From Octopus bimaculoides (Eukaryota): a stretch of DNA of 64,000 bases. Numbering within the stretch: the first letter of the stretch is position 1; each line of letters opens with the position of its first letter. Where the stretch lies: NCBI RefSeq assembly GCF_001194135.2, contig NC_068989.1, positions 69,106,721-69,170,720 on the forward strand, read 5' to 3'. The notes beneath the pieces are model-generated. The model saw nothing but the letters and a program-made list of their open reading frames with translations. It had not been told where the DNA came from and did no database searches. Below are positions 10,960 to 25,000 of this stretch, in pieces. The position numbers were made by a program, and so were the translations under genes.

Positions 10960-11990
10960 TTTTGAGGATAAAACGGATTTTTACTGACATAGGGGATTAC
11001 TAGAAACATGCAAATGCTTTCGTACATAATGTCAAACGTAGTTACAGTGAATCACGATTAAAGGAAATAGCAAATGACATAGCTAGGATTAGCAAAGAAA
11101 GTCAAACTTTCACGCATTATTTTAGCAAAGTACAATATATGACAATATATGACAGAATTCCTTCAGTGATTAACAGGCACCGAAATTTTGCTGGCATTTC
11201 AAAAGTGTTACATAGAAGTTACAAGCGTGTTGCCGAAAAATATCTTTGTTTCAAACAAATTTTCCCTCCTATTGTAGCTTTAGACGGAATAAAAATATAA
11301 GAGAACTATTAACCTCTACTTCTAACTCCAAGAAAACTTACATTGCAGTTTCTGCATGCTGTACCTTGAAAAACAGCCATAAGAGAAGTAAACCATGTTC
11401 ATTGTGCAACAACATGAGTGAAGTGAATTCCATCAGGAATCATAACATTTCTGTTATGATTCCCATTTGGTGAATGCTGCAGAATGCACGAAACACAACT
11501 TGATTTATGTGACGTCAGGCACAATAACAGTAGTTCGACAAAACTTGCCAAACATTTTGCATCAAACGGCTGCAATTTTGAAAAAGACTTGATAGTGCAT
11601 ATTCTCAGAAAATATTCTGAATCTGTTATATTTTCAGTACTCAAAATGCATGGGGAGAGACATGTTTGCGAGTTATTAACATCACGCCCTGAAGGAATGA
11701 CTAAAATGACAGGCGAATTCTATTATTTTTACACAAAATTGATTAAATATTATTTTTCGTCTTTTTCTTTTTGCCAGTTGTAAACTTGAAAACTGAAGAC
11801 TTGATGATGTCATTCCATCAAAGTGGGGGCGGGGCGCTGGTTGCCCTCGCTCATATTTTGCATTTGAATTTTCATGTATCACTTTTCATTTTGAACTCGA
11901 CAAAGACAGGCTAGCTGTCTAAATATCGTTCAACCAATAAAATTGCATTGTGCTCTTCGTATTGTCTATTTACCTTTGTAAAGAGTTACG
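10960..11990 (+). mobile_element. Penelope-like element 3' fragment (thumb/linker + GIY-YIG remnant + tail)
   Basis: SFRRNKNIRELL, PCSLC, LAKHF...C...DL.VHIL, E.....LTSRPEGM; tail has a hammerhead-like remnant and AATAAA. Confidence 0.7.
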
Positions 11991-12033
11991 TCAATCCTTT
12001 TAAAATATATTTTTTAAATTTATTATTGTTATT

Positions 12034-12253
12034 GAGGCGGCGAGCTGGCTGAATCGTTAGAACGCCGGGGAAATGCTTAGCGGTACTTCACCCGTCGCTA
12101 TGTTCTGAGTTCAGATTCTGCTGAGGTCGACTTTGCTTTTCATTCTTTTGGAGTTGATAAATTAAGTACCAGTGAAACTGGGAACAATGTAATGGACTGA
12201 TCGTCCTCCCCCAAATTTCAGGTTTTGTGTCTTTAGTAGAAAAGATTATTATT
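12034..12253 (+). mobile_element. tRNA-derived SINE family B, near full length
   Basis: GAGGCGGCGAGCTGG head, A/B-box-like segments, (ATT) tail. Confidence 0.85.
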
Positions 12254-12254
12254 T

Positions 12255-13800
12255 CGTTCTGTGTTTGGTGTCTATCTTCATCCTTTCATCGTCAGCCTTT
12301 GCCACTCCTCCTTGCGTTTTTTACCGAAAGCTCGCTCAGTACTTCTTCACCAAACTGACACCCTCCATTCACATCATTGTCCAGAACAGCTCAGTGTCAC
12401 TGCACACTGCATCTGATTCCTCTTATACCCAGGTTTTCGTTCAAGCTCATCTGTACTTCGTAACATTGCACATCCAGCAGAATATGCTCACCCCATTTCT
12501 TTCTCGCTTTCCACTCATCCTCTTCATACAATGACCATGTTTTGGTAACATGCAACATCACCCTTCACTCGTAGAGAAAATCGTTTTGTTACCAACAGAC
12601 ATATCTCATTGAACTTTCTCAACGTCGTTCTTACTCTGGCTGCAATGCTTTCGGAGCTACCATTACCTCTGTTGATTAGGCCACCTTGGTATTAGCAGCT
12701 CCCAGCTACGTCTAGGAGCATTTTAATGTATTTACATTTTGGGTGTTCTTATCACGAAGTACTCCTATGCGTCTAACACATATGAAGTCCTCTTGTCAGC
12801 GTATCTGTGATCCAAATACGTTACTTGGGCACTCGTGGCTACTAGACTACAATGTGTGTGCGTGTGTAATCGTCTATGGTCATTGTATCGTGTTCCTACC
12901 TAGAGACCTGTTTTGTGTGTATGTAATCTATCAAAAGTCTTAATAAATACCGAAAACCATCTAAGCAAATTTTCTTAATTAGTTGTATTAAATCAGTTAC
13001 TTTCATAAACTTGGCTGATCTGTTTGATGTCTCTCCAGTTATTTCTTTCTACAGCAACTCCCTACGTCGCCCTTATAACAGTTAAGCATAATACTGCACT
13101 TCTTGTACCACTCAAATGACTAACGCATCCTACTTTGCTAAGTATTTTCAGCATATTACTAACTACCCCTGCCTCCATACCCTTAATGTCTTTTTCAGTA
13201 GTATAACTAGTAATTTCAATAGTTGGTCCTTACAGAGTTTACTTAAGGTTGTTCATAACATCAAGTGTGACAATCTACTCGTAGCAGTCTTCTCTCTCTC
13301 TCTCTCTCGCATTTACCTCATTCAGTAACATCTTGTAACATTTTCATGCTGCTTTCTTCCCAACATAGCAAGGGTAGGAGTACTGCTATCATTATGTATT
13401 CACTTTTTACAGAGTGTTCTTTCAATTTATACCAGCACACTGCTTTGCAATTCACACCTCTTATTCTCAGGTAACTTGCTAAATACACCTTACATATCAC
13501 TTTTCTTCTAGTTACCTGTTATTGCTTTTTGCACTCCCATTCTTCCAAGCCTGTCCCTTAGCTTTTATGCCTCTATCTACTGTACCATTTCACCATGTTA
13601 ACTTCCACAACTCTAAAAAGTGGCTCACAGGAGCTTCTTTTCAAAGAAACTCCATTATTTTCTGTGCTATAGGTCTCTTTCTCCAATTCGACATACACAT
13701 AACCTGGTACTTTTGGACGACAGACCTTTCAACTCTCATTCCTTCCTACTCTAGATTGTCGTGTATCTGGGTATAACTCATATAACTAATACCACTAATC
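12255..13800 (-). mobile_element. RTE-clade LINE fragment, decayed
   Basis: Minus-strand remnants such as GGSSESIAARVRTTLRKF.E, TW.L..ED, WMCNV; same family as the fragments at 40611 and 59674. Confidence 0.65.
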
Positions 13801-15302
13801 ACATGTGTCAAATGGTACAGTCTTCCCCGGAGAAAGACAATCGCAACAATCTTATCACATTTTGTGATAGGAAATAGTCTACTTGCCTTGTGTTCACTTG
13901 AATGACAGGTGATTGGTCATTTCCACCAATGACCATAACCTCCATTTACATTGAAATAATTATCAAGATGTAGAATAAAGTAAAACAGTGTGGCCAAGTT
14001 GTTAGGGTATTGCACTCACGGTCACAAGACCATGGTTTCAATTCCCAGACCTGGCGGTGCGTCGTGCTCTTGAGCAAAACACTTCATTTCACGTTCTCTG
14101 CAACAGACTCGTGTCCTGTTCAGTGGGCAATATTGTGGTCTTCGTCACTCACACATCACGAAAACTGGGTAACTGGCTGGACAAGTCTGAGGCCATGAGA
14201 CAGCAATGTCCAGGGATAGATGATGATGCTGAACATGTCAAAGTCACCAACCGTGAGAAAGAGGTTGCTGCCATCAGTTATCAATGTAATCTGCTTGTCT
14301 CATAAAAACAGTGCTGACTGTGAATGGAGATCAAATGTTGCTGAACCTGTCACGTACACTGGTTGAGTGGTTAAGAAATTCATTTCCCAGCCACGTAGTT
14401 TTAGATTTAATCCAACCGAATTGCACTTTTACGATAGCCGTGGGCCAACTAAACCCTTGTGAGCACATCTGGTGAATTGGAAACTGAAAGAAGCTTATGT
14501 ATATAAGAGTGAGTGAGCATGTGTGTGCACACTTGTCTTGACATTGCACAATAATTGTAAATAAATGTTGCCATCATGCAAGTAGTGTCATTCGTTTCCA
14601 ATCATCCATAACAGGTCCAACCACGAGGAAATATTACCTTGCTTGGAAATAGGTGAGAGTTGGCAAAAACAAAGGCATCCAGCTGTAGAAAATATCTTAA
14701 TGAACTCCGTCTGACTCATGTAAGCATGAAAAGAAAACGTTTAACCAATGATGTCTTCTCCATCAATAATATGCTGAACCCACCAACTCTAGCATTGTCC
14801 TAGTATTCCTTGCCCACAAAGAAACTGTCTGATGGTCATTATTTTACCAAGTACACATCTACTCATCTCCAATGAAGCACCACTACAACCAATCTCTTCA
14901 GGTTTACATTTAATGTCCATCCACTCACAGAGATTTGGTTAGTCCAGGGCTATAGTAGAAGATACTTGTCAGAGGTACCACACAGTGGGACCGAACCTGA
15001 AACCATGTGATTGAGATGGAAGCTTCTTATCACACAGCTATACCTGTGCCTTCATGTAAAAAAATTTTAACCGGTAAAAGTCATGAGTTGGAAAAAGATA
15101 CAGAAAGTGAAATAGAATTCTAAGAACAATAACAGTGAGATAGGTCTGAAGGGGATGGTCTGGTTACTGGAAACACAAGTACTTGTAAATAATAAAATAG
15201 CAGGTCCAGGCCACAGATTAATTAGGGATGACTATTTATAAAAGTTACCTAACATTGAAGCTAAAATAATACACTTGTATCCCAAATGACTTGATCTTTC
15301 AG

Positions 15303-15336
<34 letters not shown>

Positions 15337-17190
15337 TCCTAATGTTTTACTTTGCTTTTCTAGCACAGGAACTGACAAACTACTCTAGCTATGGATACCA
15401 AGTTAAAAAACAAAAACAAAAAAACTTATAAAGTTCCCAAAAATATTTAGCCCTGGGACTGGTGTTTTTGCTTAATCCTTTCATTACCATATTTGTCGAA
15501 AATTACTGCCTTTTTTCCACCAAATTTTGAAAATAAAGAATTTACTAATATTTTGTCATCATTAATATGGTGTTTGGAACATATATCGATTTCAAATTTT
15601 GCCACAAGACCAGTAATTCTGGGGGTGGAGTTAAGTCAGTTACATCAACCCCAATATTCAACTGGTATTTATTTTATCAACCCTGAAAGGATGAAAGGTA
15701 AAATTGACCATGGCAGAATTTGAACTAAGAGCATAAAAGCAGACAAAATGCCGCTAAGCAATTTTCCTGGAATGACAATAAATTTGTCAGTTCGTCACCT
15801 CAGGACATACATTAACATGAAATGTAGACATAAGGTTTTAATTAAGATCACTTTCTGTCATAGGACCAGGAGAAGTTTCAGAAAAATTTATATAGAGGAA
15901 AAAAAAGTGGGAAGTGGGGGATTAACAGTAAAATAAAAAAGAATCAGGCAGAAAACAGAGCCCTGGAGAACACCTGCCTCTGAAGATTAAACTTGGTGAA
16001 AAGGTTGTAATCATGGATTCCTAAGAACACACACAACAGAGACATCCAAAAAGACACAATGACAAGTTGAATTCTAGAAATTTCTTAACATGTAAACAAA
16101 TAAAAATAAAAAAATAAATAAAAAGTTCACAGAATTTCTTTAATCGTCATTTTTCACCATTTTTTTTTTTTAAATCTTTACTTTTCATTTTTTTTTTATC
16201 ACAGTAATTTGGAAATGTGAAGCGACACAAACCAGGCTTTAGGTTTAAGATTTTAGTTTTTTCAAAAGTTAAAAACACTAGACAGGAAGAAGTATGAAAA
16301 AGGAGAGAGAGAGAGAGAGAGAGAGAAAAAAAAAAAGAGAGTTGGGGAACCAATTTTAAGATTTTTTCTTTTTCCTATGACTTTGTATCAGCTGACAGAA
16401 AGGGAAGTGAGAGTCCTGTTTACTTTTTATTGTAAATAATTCTGTACAAATTTTACACATTATAATAATATATCATATCGTCCAACCCATGCTAGCATGG
16501 AAAGTGGACGTTAAACGATAGGAAACAGGTAAATGTGTGTATGTGTGCGAGTGTGTGTGTGTGTATGTGCATGCATGTGTGTAATTTGAACAGATGCATG
16601 TGTATCATATATACATACTCAACCACATCAAGACACAAAAACACGCATGTAATTTTAAATGTTTAAACACACCAAATATGACTTAAAATATGTTTAAGCA
16701 TACACAAAGACCATCATTATATATATATATATATATATATACTATAACAATATATATATATATATATACACTATAACTATATATATATATATATATATAT
16801 ACANNNNNNNNNNNNNNNNNNNNNNNNNNNNNNNNNNNNNNNNNNNNNNNNNNNNNNNNNNNNNNNNNNNNNNNNNNNNNNNNNNNNNNNNNNNNNNNNN
16901 NNNNNNNNNNNNNNNNNNNNNNNNNNNNNNNNNNNNNNNNNNNNNNNNNNNNNNNNNNNNNNNNNNNNNNNNNNNNNNNNNNNNNNNNNNNNNNNNNNNN
17001 NNNNNNNNNNNNNNNNNNNNNNNNNNNNNNNNNNNNNNNNNNNNNNNNNNNNNNNNNNNNNNNNNNNNNNNNNNNNNNNNNNNNNNNNNNNNNNNNNNNN
17101 NNNNNNNNNNNNNNNNNNNNNNNNNNNNNNNNNNNNNNNNNNNNNNNNNNNNNNNNNNNNNNNNNNNNNNNNNNNNNNNNNNNNNNNNNN

Positions 17191-17460
17191 NCATAATATA
17201 TATATATATATATATATACACACACTATATCATAATATATATATACCATATATATATATATACACACACTATATCATAATATATATACCATATATATATA
17301 TATATACACACTATATCATAATATATATATACCATATATATATATATATATACACACTATATCATAATATATATATACCATATATATATATATACACACT
17401 ATATCATAATATATATCTACCATATATATATCATATATATATATAATACATATACTATAT
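17191..17460 (+). repeat. AT-rich minisatellite (~40-44-bp unit, 5-6 copies) inside a (TA)n/(CA)n complex
   Basis: Repeating CATAATATATATATACCATATATATATATATACACACTATAT; (CA)n at ~17538-17593. Confidence 0.8.
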
Positions 17461-17535
17461 AATATATACACTGTATTATATGTAATATATATAATATATG
17501 CACCTATACACAAATATACACACACAAATACATAT

Positions 17536-17596
<61 letters not shown>

Positions 17597-18618
17597 TTTA
17601 TTTATTTTCCATTAAACCAAAAGGAATTAAGAAAATACTTTCAAATATAGCTCTGAAATAATCAAATAGGAAAAAATCAACACCCTTAAACTGAATGAGC
17701 CCAAGTCGAATAACCAACAGTGCTCAAAAAGGCTTGTTTTTCTTTTCTTTTTCTATCTTTTTTCCATGAACCATTGGAGGTCAAAATTGTAGAAAAGAAG
17801 AGGACCAATCACTTAACTTCTCTCTCTATCACAATCATTTGGTTTAGGTATCTTTTGTTATTTTTGTTAGTTGAATTTCAAGTGAAACACTATATATATG
17901 TGTGTGTGTTGTCATTTTATTTAACACTGCCATAAAGAAATATCGAGGACATTGCAAAAATTAAAATAGGCCAGCAGCTATTTTAATGTGAATTTACAGT
18001 GTTTCTTAGTTGAATTATGATTCTGTGTGTGTGTGTGTATGTGTATAGGTGTGTGGGGGAGAGGTTTCAATTTTAATGGAGCAAAAAATAACATCTTAGA
18101 TATTATAAAGAGAAACAAAAAAAAAAACTTGAGGAAAACCAAAAATATTGTTAGAATTTTTTTCGCTTTTTTTTTTTTAGAATGGAAGGGGAGAGGAGAA
18201 GAGAGAAGAGGGGGGATTTAGAAAATGTAAAAGTGAGAAATGAAATAACTCCAGTTTCTCANNNNNNNNNNNNNNNNNNNNNNNNNNNNNNNNNNNNNNN
18301 NNNNNNNNNNNNNNNNNNNNNNNNNNNNNNNNNAACCTTGTCAACAAATCAGCCAAAAATACTATAAATTATTTTGTCCCATTTCAATCTCTTCTAGACT
18401 TTCACAATAAAGCCATTCTCACCTCTCCCTAGCAACTGCCTTCGACGCAGGTGAGTATTTCATGTCTGTAAGGGACATCACTTCACACAGACACACACAA
18501 ACGCACACACACACTCACACATGCTGAACATGCAAATGAAATAATGATTCCAGAATGAAGGGAGAGTTTAAGATTGCGACAAGAATATATAGAACAAAAG
18601 AAACAGATTTTGACATTA

Positions 18619-18662
<44 letters not shown>

Positions 18663-18670
18663 CATTAGAC

Positions 18671-19013
18671 TTATTTCTTATCTAGATTCTCTAGTACAGT
18701 TTGAAATGATTCTAGCTGCTTCTGCAAAGACAAACAAAAACCACGAGATGCTGGCAGAAGAGGAAACTCTGGAGTTGCACACTGTTCTCTGTTGGACAAT
18801 ACAGAAAGAGCAGCAGAGTTAGAAATCTCAGATGAAATATCAGCTTTTGGAAGGTGCAATAATACAGGCTGGGAGGAGGCAGGTTGGCAGTTTGGTACTG
18901 TAGCAGTCGTCTGTAGCTGTGTTGAATTGTTGCATAAACAGTCATTAGCCTGTGATTCTGCGGCTGCTACTTTGTCAGAGAGGTCGAGCCATTGTGTTAA
19001 TCGTTTAATCATT
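18671..19013 (-). CDS. UBE2O: UBE2O terminal coding exon ([10 protein letters not shown]...[16 protein letters not shown]...LDKK*)
   Basis: ORF 18671-19012; acceptor at 19014-19015; C-terminal FPL.P.S.GF motif; TAA at 18671-18673. Confidence 0.93.
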
Positions 19014-22000
19014 CTAAAAAACAGTTGAAATAATAAGACATTAAATACACCAAAAAAAGAAAATAGATTACAGAAATATTTTCATGTAATTTTCTTGTGA
19101 AAAACAAAATATTTTAAAAGAGTTTAGCAGTAGTTGTCTGTTATAGTTATTTAACCCTTTTGTAATCATATTTCTGTGAAGTGCCTTATGTTTTACTTTG
19201 AATTTGAAGGATTACAAAAATACTAAGGTTTTTCTTTATTAATTTTGTATTTGGGACATCACTTATAAAGGTTCTTCCATAAAATGATGGAAAGTTTTAA
19301 TTCAAATATAACCATTTATTTGAATCAAATAATGGAAAGTCTTAATTTAAATCAGACAATTGTGTATTGAAACCAGAGGAAAAATTTCAGGTGGACGCAA
19401 GCCTGGGCAAAGGTTTTTGAAGAAGACTGGCAGTTGTCCATACATGCAAGTTGTGTCGCCACACCACCAATGTTTGTCCAAGGGAAAGGCTGCTGACTTG
19501 AGATGACACAACTTAGCACCAATGTTGATGCAAGTGTTGCTGTCCTAACACACAGAGCTAGAACAGAGGCAACAAGGCATGTTGCCTGACACCACCCAGC
19601 ATTGGTAGCTTTTTTTATTGATGTTGTAAGAAATATAAAATTGACTTGGACAAGATTTGAAGCCAGAATCCAGAGTTTGGCAACCTTGAAGCATTTAATC
19701 CAACACTAATGACTGCCAATAGGGTTTAATTAAATCAAATACACTAGTATATTGGATCATATGTTTTTTTTGCAGACTAGGTATGGCTGTGTAGCTGAAA
19801 ATCTTTTTCAACCATGTGGTCTCAGGTTCAGTCCCATTGCAGAGCGTCTTCAGGAAGTGTCTTCTACAGCCCTGGGCTGACCAAAGCCTTGAGAATGGAT
19901 TTAGTAGACAGAAACTGAAAGAAACCTTTCACACTCCCCTCAGACACTTATACATATGCATGTGCATACCTTAGTCATGACAGCATGAGATGGTTGCAAA
20001 CAAACATCATCATACAATGTTGTTCATTTTCAGTCTTCCATGAAAAACATGTCTGGCAATGGTGAAATATCAACTTGCTTGGAAACATTTGAGAGTTGGC
20101 AACATGTAGGACGTCCAGCCATAGAAAAATCTACTTTGATGAATTCCATTCAGCCCACGCAACTATGGAAAACTGGAGGTTAAATGATGAAAATGAGACA
20201 GACATAGGACATCTAGTGTGTATCTGAGATCAACTGTCAAGTAGTGACCACTTTGTTTTCATTACAGGTGAACCAGATTAAAATTTAAAGAACATTACAA
20301 AAGTGAGTTGGTTCAAATCCCCATCATCCTCTTTTAATGTCCGCTTTCCATACTGGTATGAGTTGAACAGTTTGACCAGAGCTGGCAAGCCAGAGAGCTG
20401 CACCAGGTCCCAGTCTGATTTGGCATAATTTCTACAGCTGGATGCCCTTCCTAATGCCAACCACTTTGCAGTATGTACTAGGTGCTTTTAATGTGGCACC
20501 AGCACAGGGCTCTTGCAGGCCAATCCTCTTCATCATGGGGAGTAGCCTTAACATTTCTGCCACTGAGGACACGTCTTCTTGAGTAATGGAGAATGGGTTT
20601 GCTAAATATTGCAAGCAAGTTACTGCAGCTAAGACTCAAGATAACAATTAATTATACAGACCTTTGCTTGAAGACAATCTAACCATGACCATCTTGTCTG
20701 TCTTTGTCATACATAGCTATCTATACTACATTATTGTATGTTATCCTTGCTTTTGCAATTTGAGAGATTTGGTTGGTATTTCTAGCAAACTGAGTGGTCA
20801 CAAGGAGATGCTCTCATTAACCCTGATTTTCTAAGGCCAGCCAGACTTCCTGTGATCAACCCTCACCTGTTCCCAAGTAAGGTAATATTTCCCCATGGCC
20901 AGACATGTTTTCACAGAAGACTGAAAATGAATAACACTGCTTGGATGACTGACAATCATTTTACAACAATCACGTCATATCAAGACACAAACACACAACA
21001 CACACCCACATATGAGCTTTTTTCTGTTTTCCCTCTCACTAAGAAAGCCTTAGTCTTGTAACACACTTGCCCAAGGAGCTACACAGTGGGACTGAACCTG
21101 AAACCATATTTCTCAACCACAACACCTAATTATAAACAATTACAAAATAAATCATGAAATACCAAATCTATTGAATTAGATAAAACCAATCCAATCCTCA
21201 GAAATGATAAATAATAGAGTATACAGGTGATTAAATCAATTCCAATACCTTACTGGTACCATGCAGAACAAAGAAAATATTACCCCCAAACTGCATATCA
21301 TTGAGTATTTGATCCATTTTACAAAGGAGTAGCTTACCTTGGACCATTGACCCGCAAATGATCACGAACTTCATGGATAAACACATTTGGTGGGTTGTTA
21401 ACCATATTGCTCATTGACTGAAGATGAAAATAAAATAGATCACAAATTAATAAAGACATTAAAAATATTTTTTTAAATTTAACTTTGGAATCCAAAGTTC
21501 TGTAAAATTAATCTTACTATAGAGTTTAAGGGCTCAAACCTTACTATAGTTATTGTGTTCATCTTCTATTTGTAAATCACTACTGATTTCTACAGCTGGA
21601 TGCCCTTCCTAATGCCAACCACTTTGCAGTACGTACAAGGTGCTTTTAATGTGGCACTCGCACAAGTACCAGTATTTAGCAACAGGAAAGACAGTTATAC
21701 ATTGCATATGTCTTCTGAGTTGTTTCAAGAATATATAGAAGGTTTTTGTAATCATCATTAACAAAATAAAATAATGCTGTAGCATCAAACATACATATCT
21801 TACTTGTGAATTTATAGCACCACGAACTGAAACCAACCATGCTCAGCAATCACAAATACCTTACGTGAAGATTGTCAATACTGAGTTTCCAATAGCAGAT
21901 ACCATATACATGAAGACGGATATCAATTCAAAATCCGAACCGATTTGTAGTAATCTACATTATCAGCTGCTCACTCAACCATTTACATTACCCTATGAAG

Positions 22001-25000
22001 GGACGATGGTGTTACAACATCATGAGTTCATCGCAATCAATAATAGAGTGAACGAACAAACCAACCTAGGCGCCTTTTCAGCATGAGCTCTTCGAGGAAA
22101 TCAATCTGACAACGATGATGGTTTTTGAAGTTTAACACAATATAAAGCATGAAAACAGAGGGTTCAGCAAAGGTAAACATGGTCAAATACATCCAACTTG
22201 TGAATGCACAAGTCTGTCGCTTTCATTGGCCATGCAGCAGGATGATATGAATGAGCGCTAAGTAGAGGTAAATTTTTGTGGCTATAAAAGTCTCCAACCA
22301 GAGACAAGCTGATCCTAAAGAGAACAGAATGCAGCGTGCACCAAACTGATATAAACATCTATCTCATCTTTGCCCTGGCCTGTGAAGATGGTACAAAGGT
22401 ACTTAAATTTTCAAATACAATGGCAAACCTTTCAGAATGCAAGATGCCAATGAATATAAGCTTTGACTTGACTGCACTGGTTTTTCATGCCAACATGCAC
22501 TGCATACAAACTGAGGAATTCAACAGCAGGCTGGAAATCCATATAAATATTGCCATTATTGCAAGATTGACAGCATAATTGAAATCCTTTGAGTGAAATT
22601 TGGTCTCAATGAGACATCTGAAACATCCTGCATAGAACATTCCACTCCAGTTGATGACAAAGTTGAAAAGCAAGAACAGCAAACCTTTACTCATGTAGAG
22701 CTGTAGTTTGCTCTAATTAGATTCAGTAGCTACACAGGTAATAACCCATTTGCTATCATGATATCCAGAGGATTCACCACTAATTAGATTGACTATTTTC
22801 TTACTCAAGCTCACTGCACCAGCTTATTTTATAATAATAGTTTGTCCTATGTCTAAAGGAAAGTGGCCTAGTGGTCAGAGGGTTGCACTCACAGATGCAA
22901 AAGAGTTCCAGCAATAATTGGGGAGTTAAGTGGTGTCCTCCTCAGTGGGGAATGTTGTAAGCTCAGTCACATATATACCATAGAAAATAGGTTAAGCTCT
23001 AACCTTATGTATTATAGAGCTCAAGTCTGAGTCTATAGTTTGATCAGGAGGCAGAAACTGTACCTATAGCCTTTGCAAATTTCCCAGAGACCAGTGCAGT
23101 CAATATGATCGATGCTTTTGAACAACTTATAAAGTCAACTGCAGGGAAAACATGGCCAGGCATTCTGGGAAGAGAAAGTTGTGCACTATGGTCAGTAAAT
23201 GGGGGGGAATGTTGTAGGTCAAACATTATGATGTTAATCATCAAAAGAAGCCTGTGTTTAAATGAGACTCACTTGCACAACTTTCACTATAGCCATTTCA
23301 TTATACATCCGACTGTTCTCTACTCCCTGCTGAGTCCCACGCTGTTTCTCATAACCAGCTTCATTGTAGTAAGGTTCAGCCACTAAAATTAAACCTACAA
23401 GTACAAAAAAATTAAATTAAATTTAAAAAACAGGAAATCAGGAAAATAATTTTGTACGGCAATTACAGCTGCTTCAAGAAGAAAGTTTTATGAAAATCAA
23501 TCATTATATCACTGATGCTTATGTTTTTTTGTTTTTTTTTCCGAAAGTATAATCCAAAACATAAGTGAAACTGGTTAACCAATGTTTTCTATAACTGGAT
23601 GCTCTTCCAAATGCCAACATCAAATATATTTACATTATTTTCATCTTTATTTCAATTCAGTTACAACAGCATGGTAACAAACATGGAAGTTTCATTTTAA
23701 TTATTGTTACTATTCTTTTCCTTTTTTTTTTTTTTTTGATTGTTAAGCCCTTATTCATTCAACAGCCTTTTTCTCTACAAAGATTTAGACCAGCAGGAAC
23801 TCTCACACAGGAATTAACCAAAACTAAGATTCAGAATCAAATACATACCTTGTATTGAAACAAGTACTTGAAGTAAATTAGACTCCTGCGTCCATACTTC
23901 ATTACCCTGTTAACAACAAGAAACAATCATGTATAATATAATACATATATAATAGTTTGCTGTCCAAAAGGTATATATATCAATTACTACTCTACAATTG
24001 TACAAAAAAAATTTCAAAATATATAAAAAGGTATTTCTACTGTAACACTTCTAATTCAGATACGAGACTGGTAATTTTGAAGGGCAGGGCTAGTTGATGT
24101 CATTGTCTTCAATAGTAGACTGGTATTTTAATTTATTGACTGAGACTTCAAGAATTGATATTTTCAGGTTTCACTTTAACTTTGATATTACTAACATTCT
24201 GCTGAGGCCTATTATAAATAAGTAAATACAAGAACAGTTCTGCAAATAACTATGCAAAGATTGTTTATTTTCTTTAGGTACAGGCATGGCCTTGTAGTTA
24301 AGAAGTTCTGCAACCACCTGGTTTTGAATTCAATCCAACAATGTGGTACCCTGGGCAACTGTCATCTACTTTAGCCCCACATCAAAGTATTGTGAGTGAA
24401 TTTGGTAGACAGAAACTGTAGAGAAACCAGCTGACAATATGTGCATGTGTACATATGTATCATTACTTAACAGCCAGCGGTGGTTTGTTTATGCCCACTG
24501 TAACCTAGCAGTTTGGCAAAAAGAACCTGACAGAATAAGTACCAAACTTAAAAGTAAGTACTAGGGTTGATTTGTTCAACTATACCCTTCAACATGATAC
24601 CCCAGCAAAGCCACAGTCTATTGGCTGAAACAAGTAAATGAGTAAAAAGGTAATAAATATTTAAATTAAAAATATGAGAATAACACATGAAGACTACATC
24701 TACTGTTAAATTATCAATAGGCTTTACAACCTGTTGATCAAAGCCGACAAATGACCAATGTTTCTTAAAAGAAACAATATTTTAATAATTTCAATGTCTC
24801 CAAGCAGAACCAAATGATATATATTAGCCCTTTTGTTACCATATTTCTGTTGAGATGCTTTGTGTTTCTTTCAATTAATTTTAAATATAACGAAGAATTT
24901 AGTAAAATAATTAAGCTAATGTTTGGAACATAAATTGTGACTAAGGTTTGGTGGAAGATTTTAATTGAGAACTTTTGAAAACAAGACAGTTGTACTAGAG

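Noticed and set aside
11793-11822. CTGAAGA followed by a perfect hairpin as a hammerhead
   Set aside because: No GAAA core or stem I/III after the hairpin.
17191-17460. CRISPR-like or other prokaryotic repeat-spacer array
   Set aside because: Low-complexity eukaryotic minisatellite without unique spacers; nothing prokaryotic in the window.
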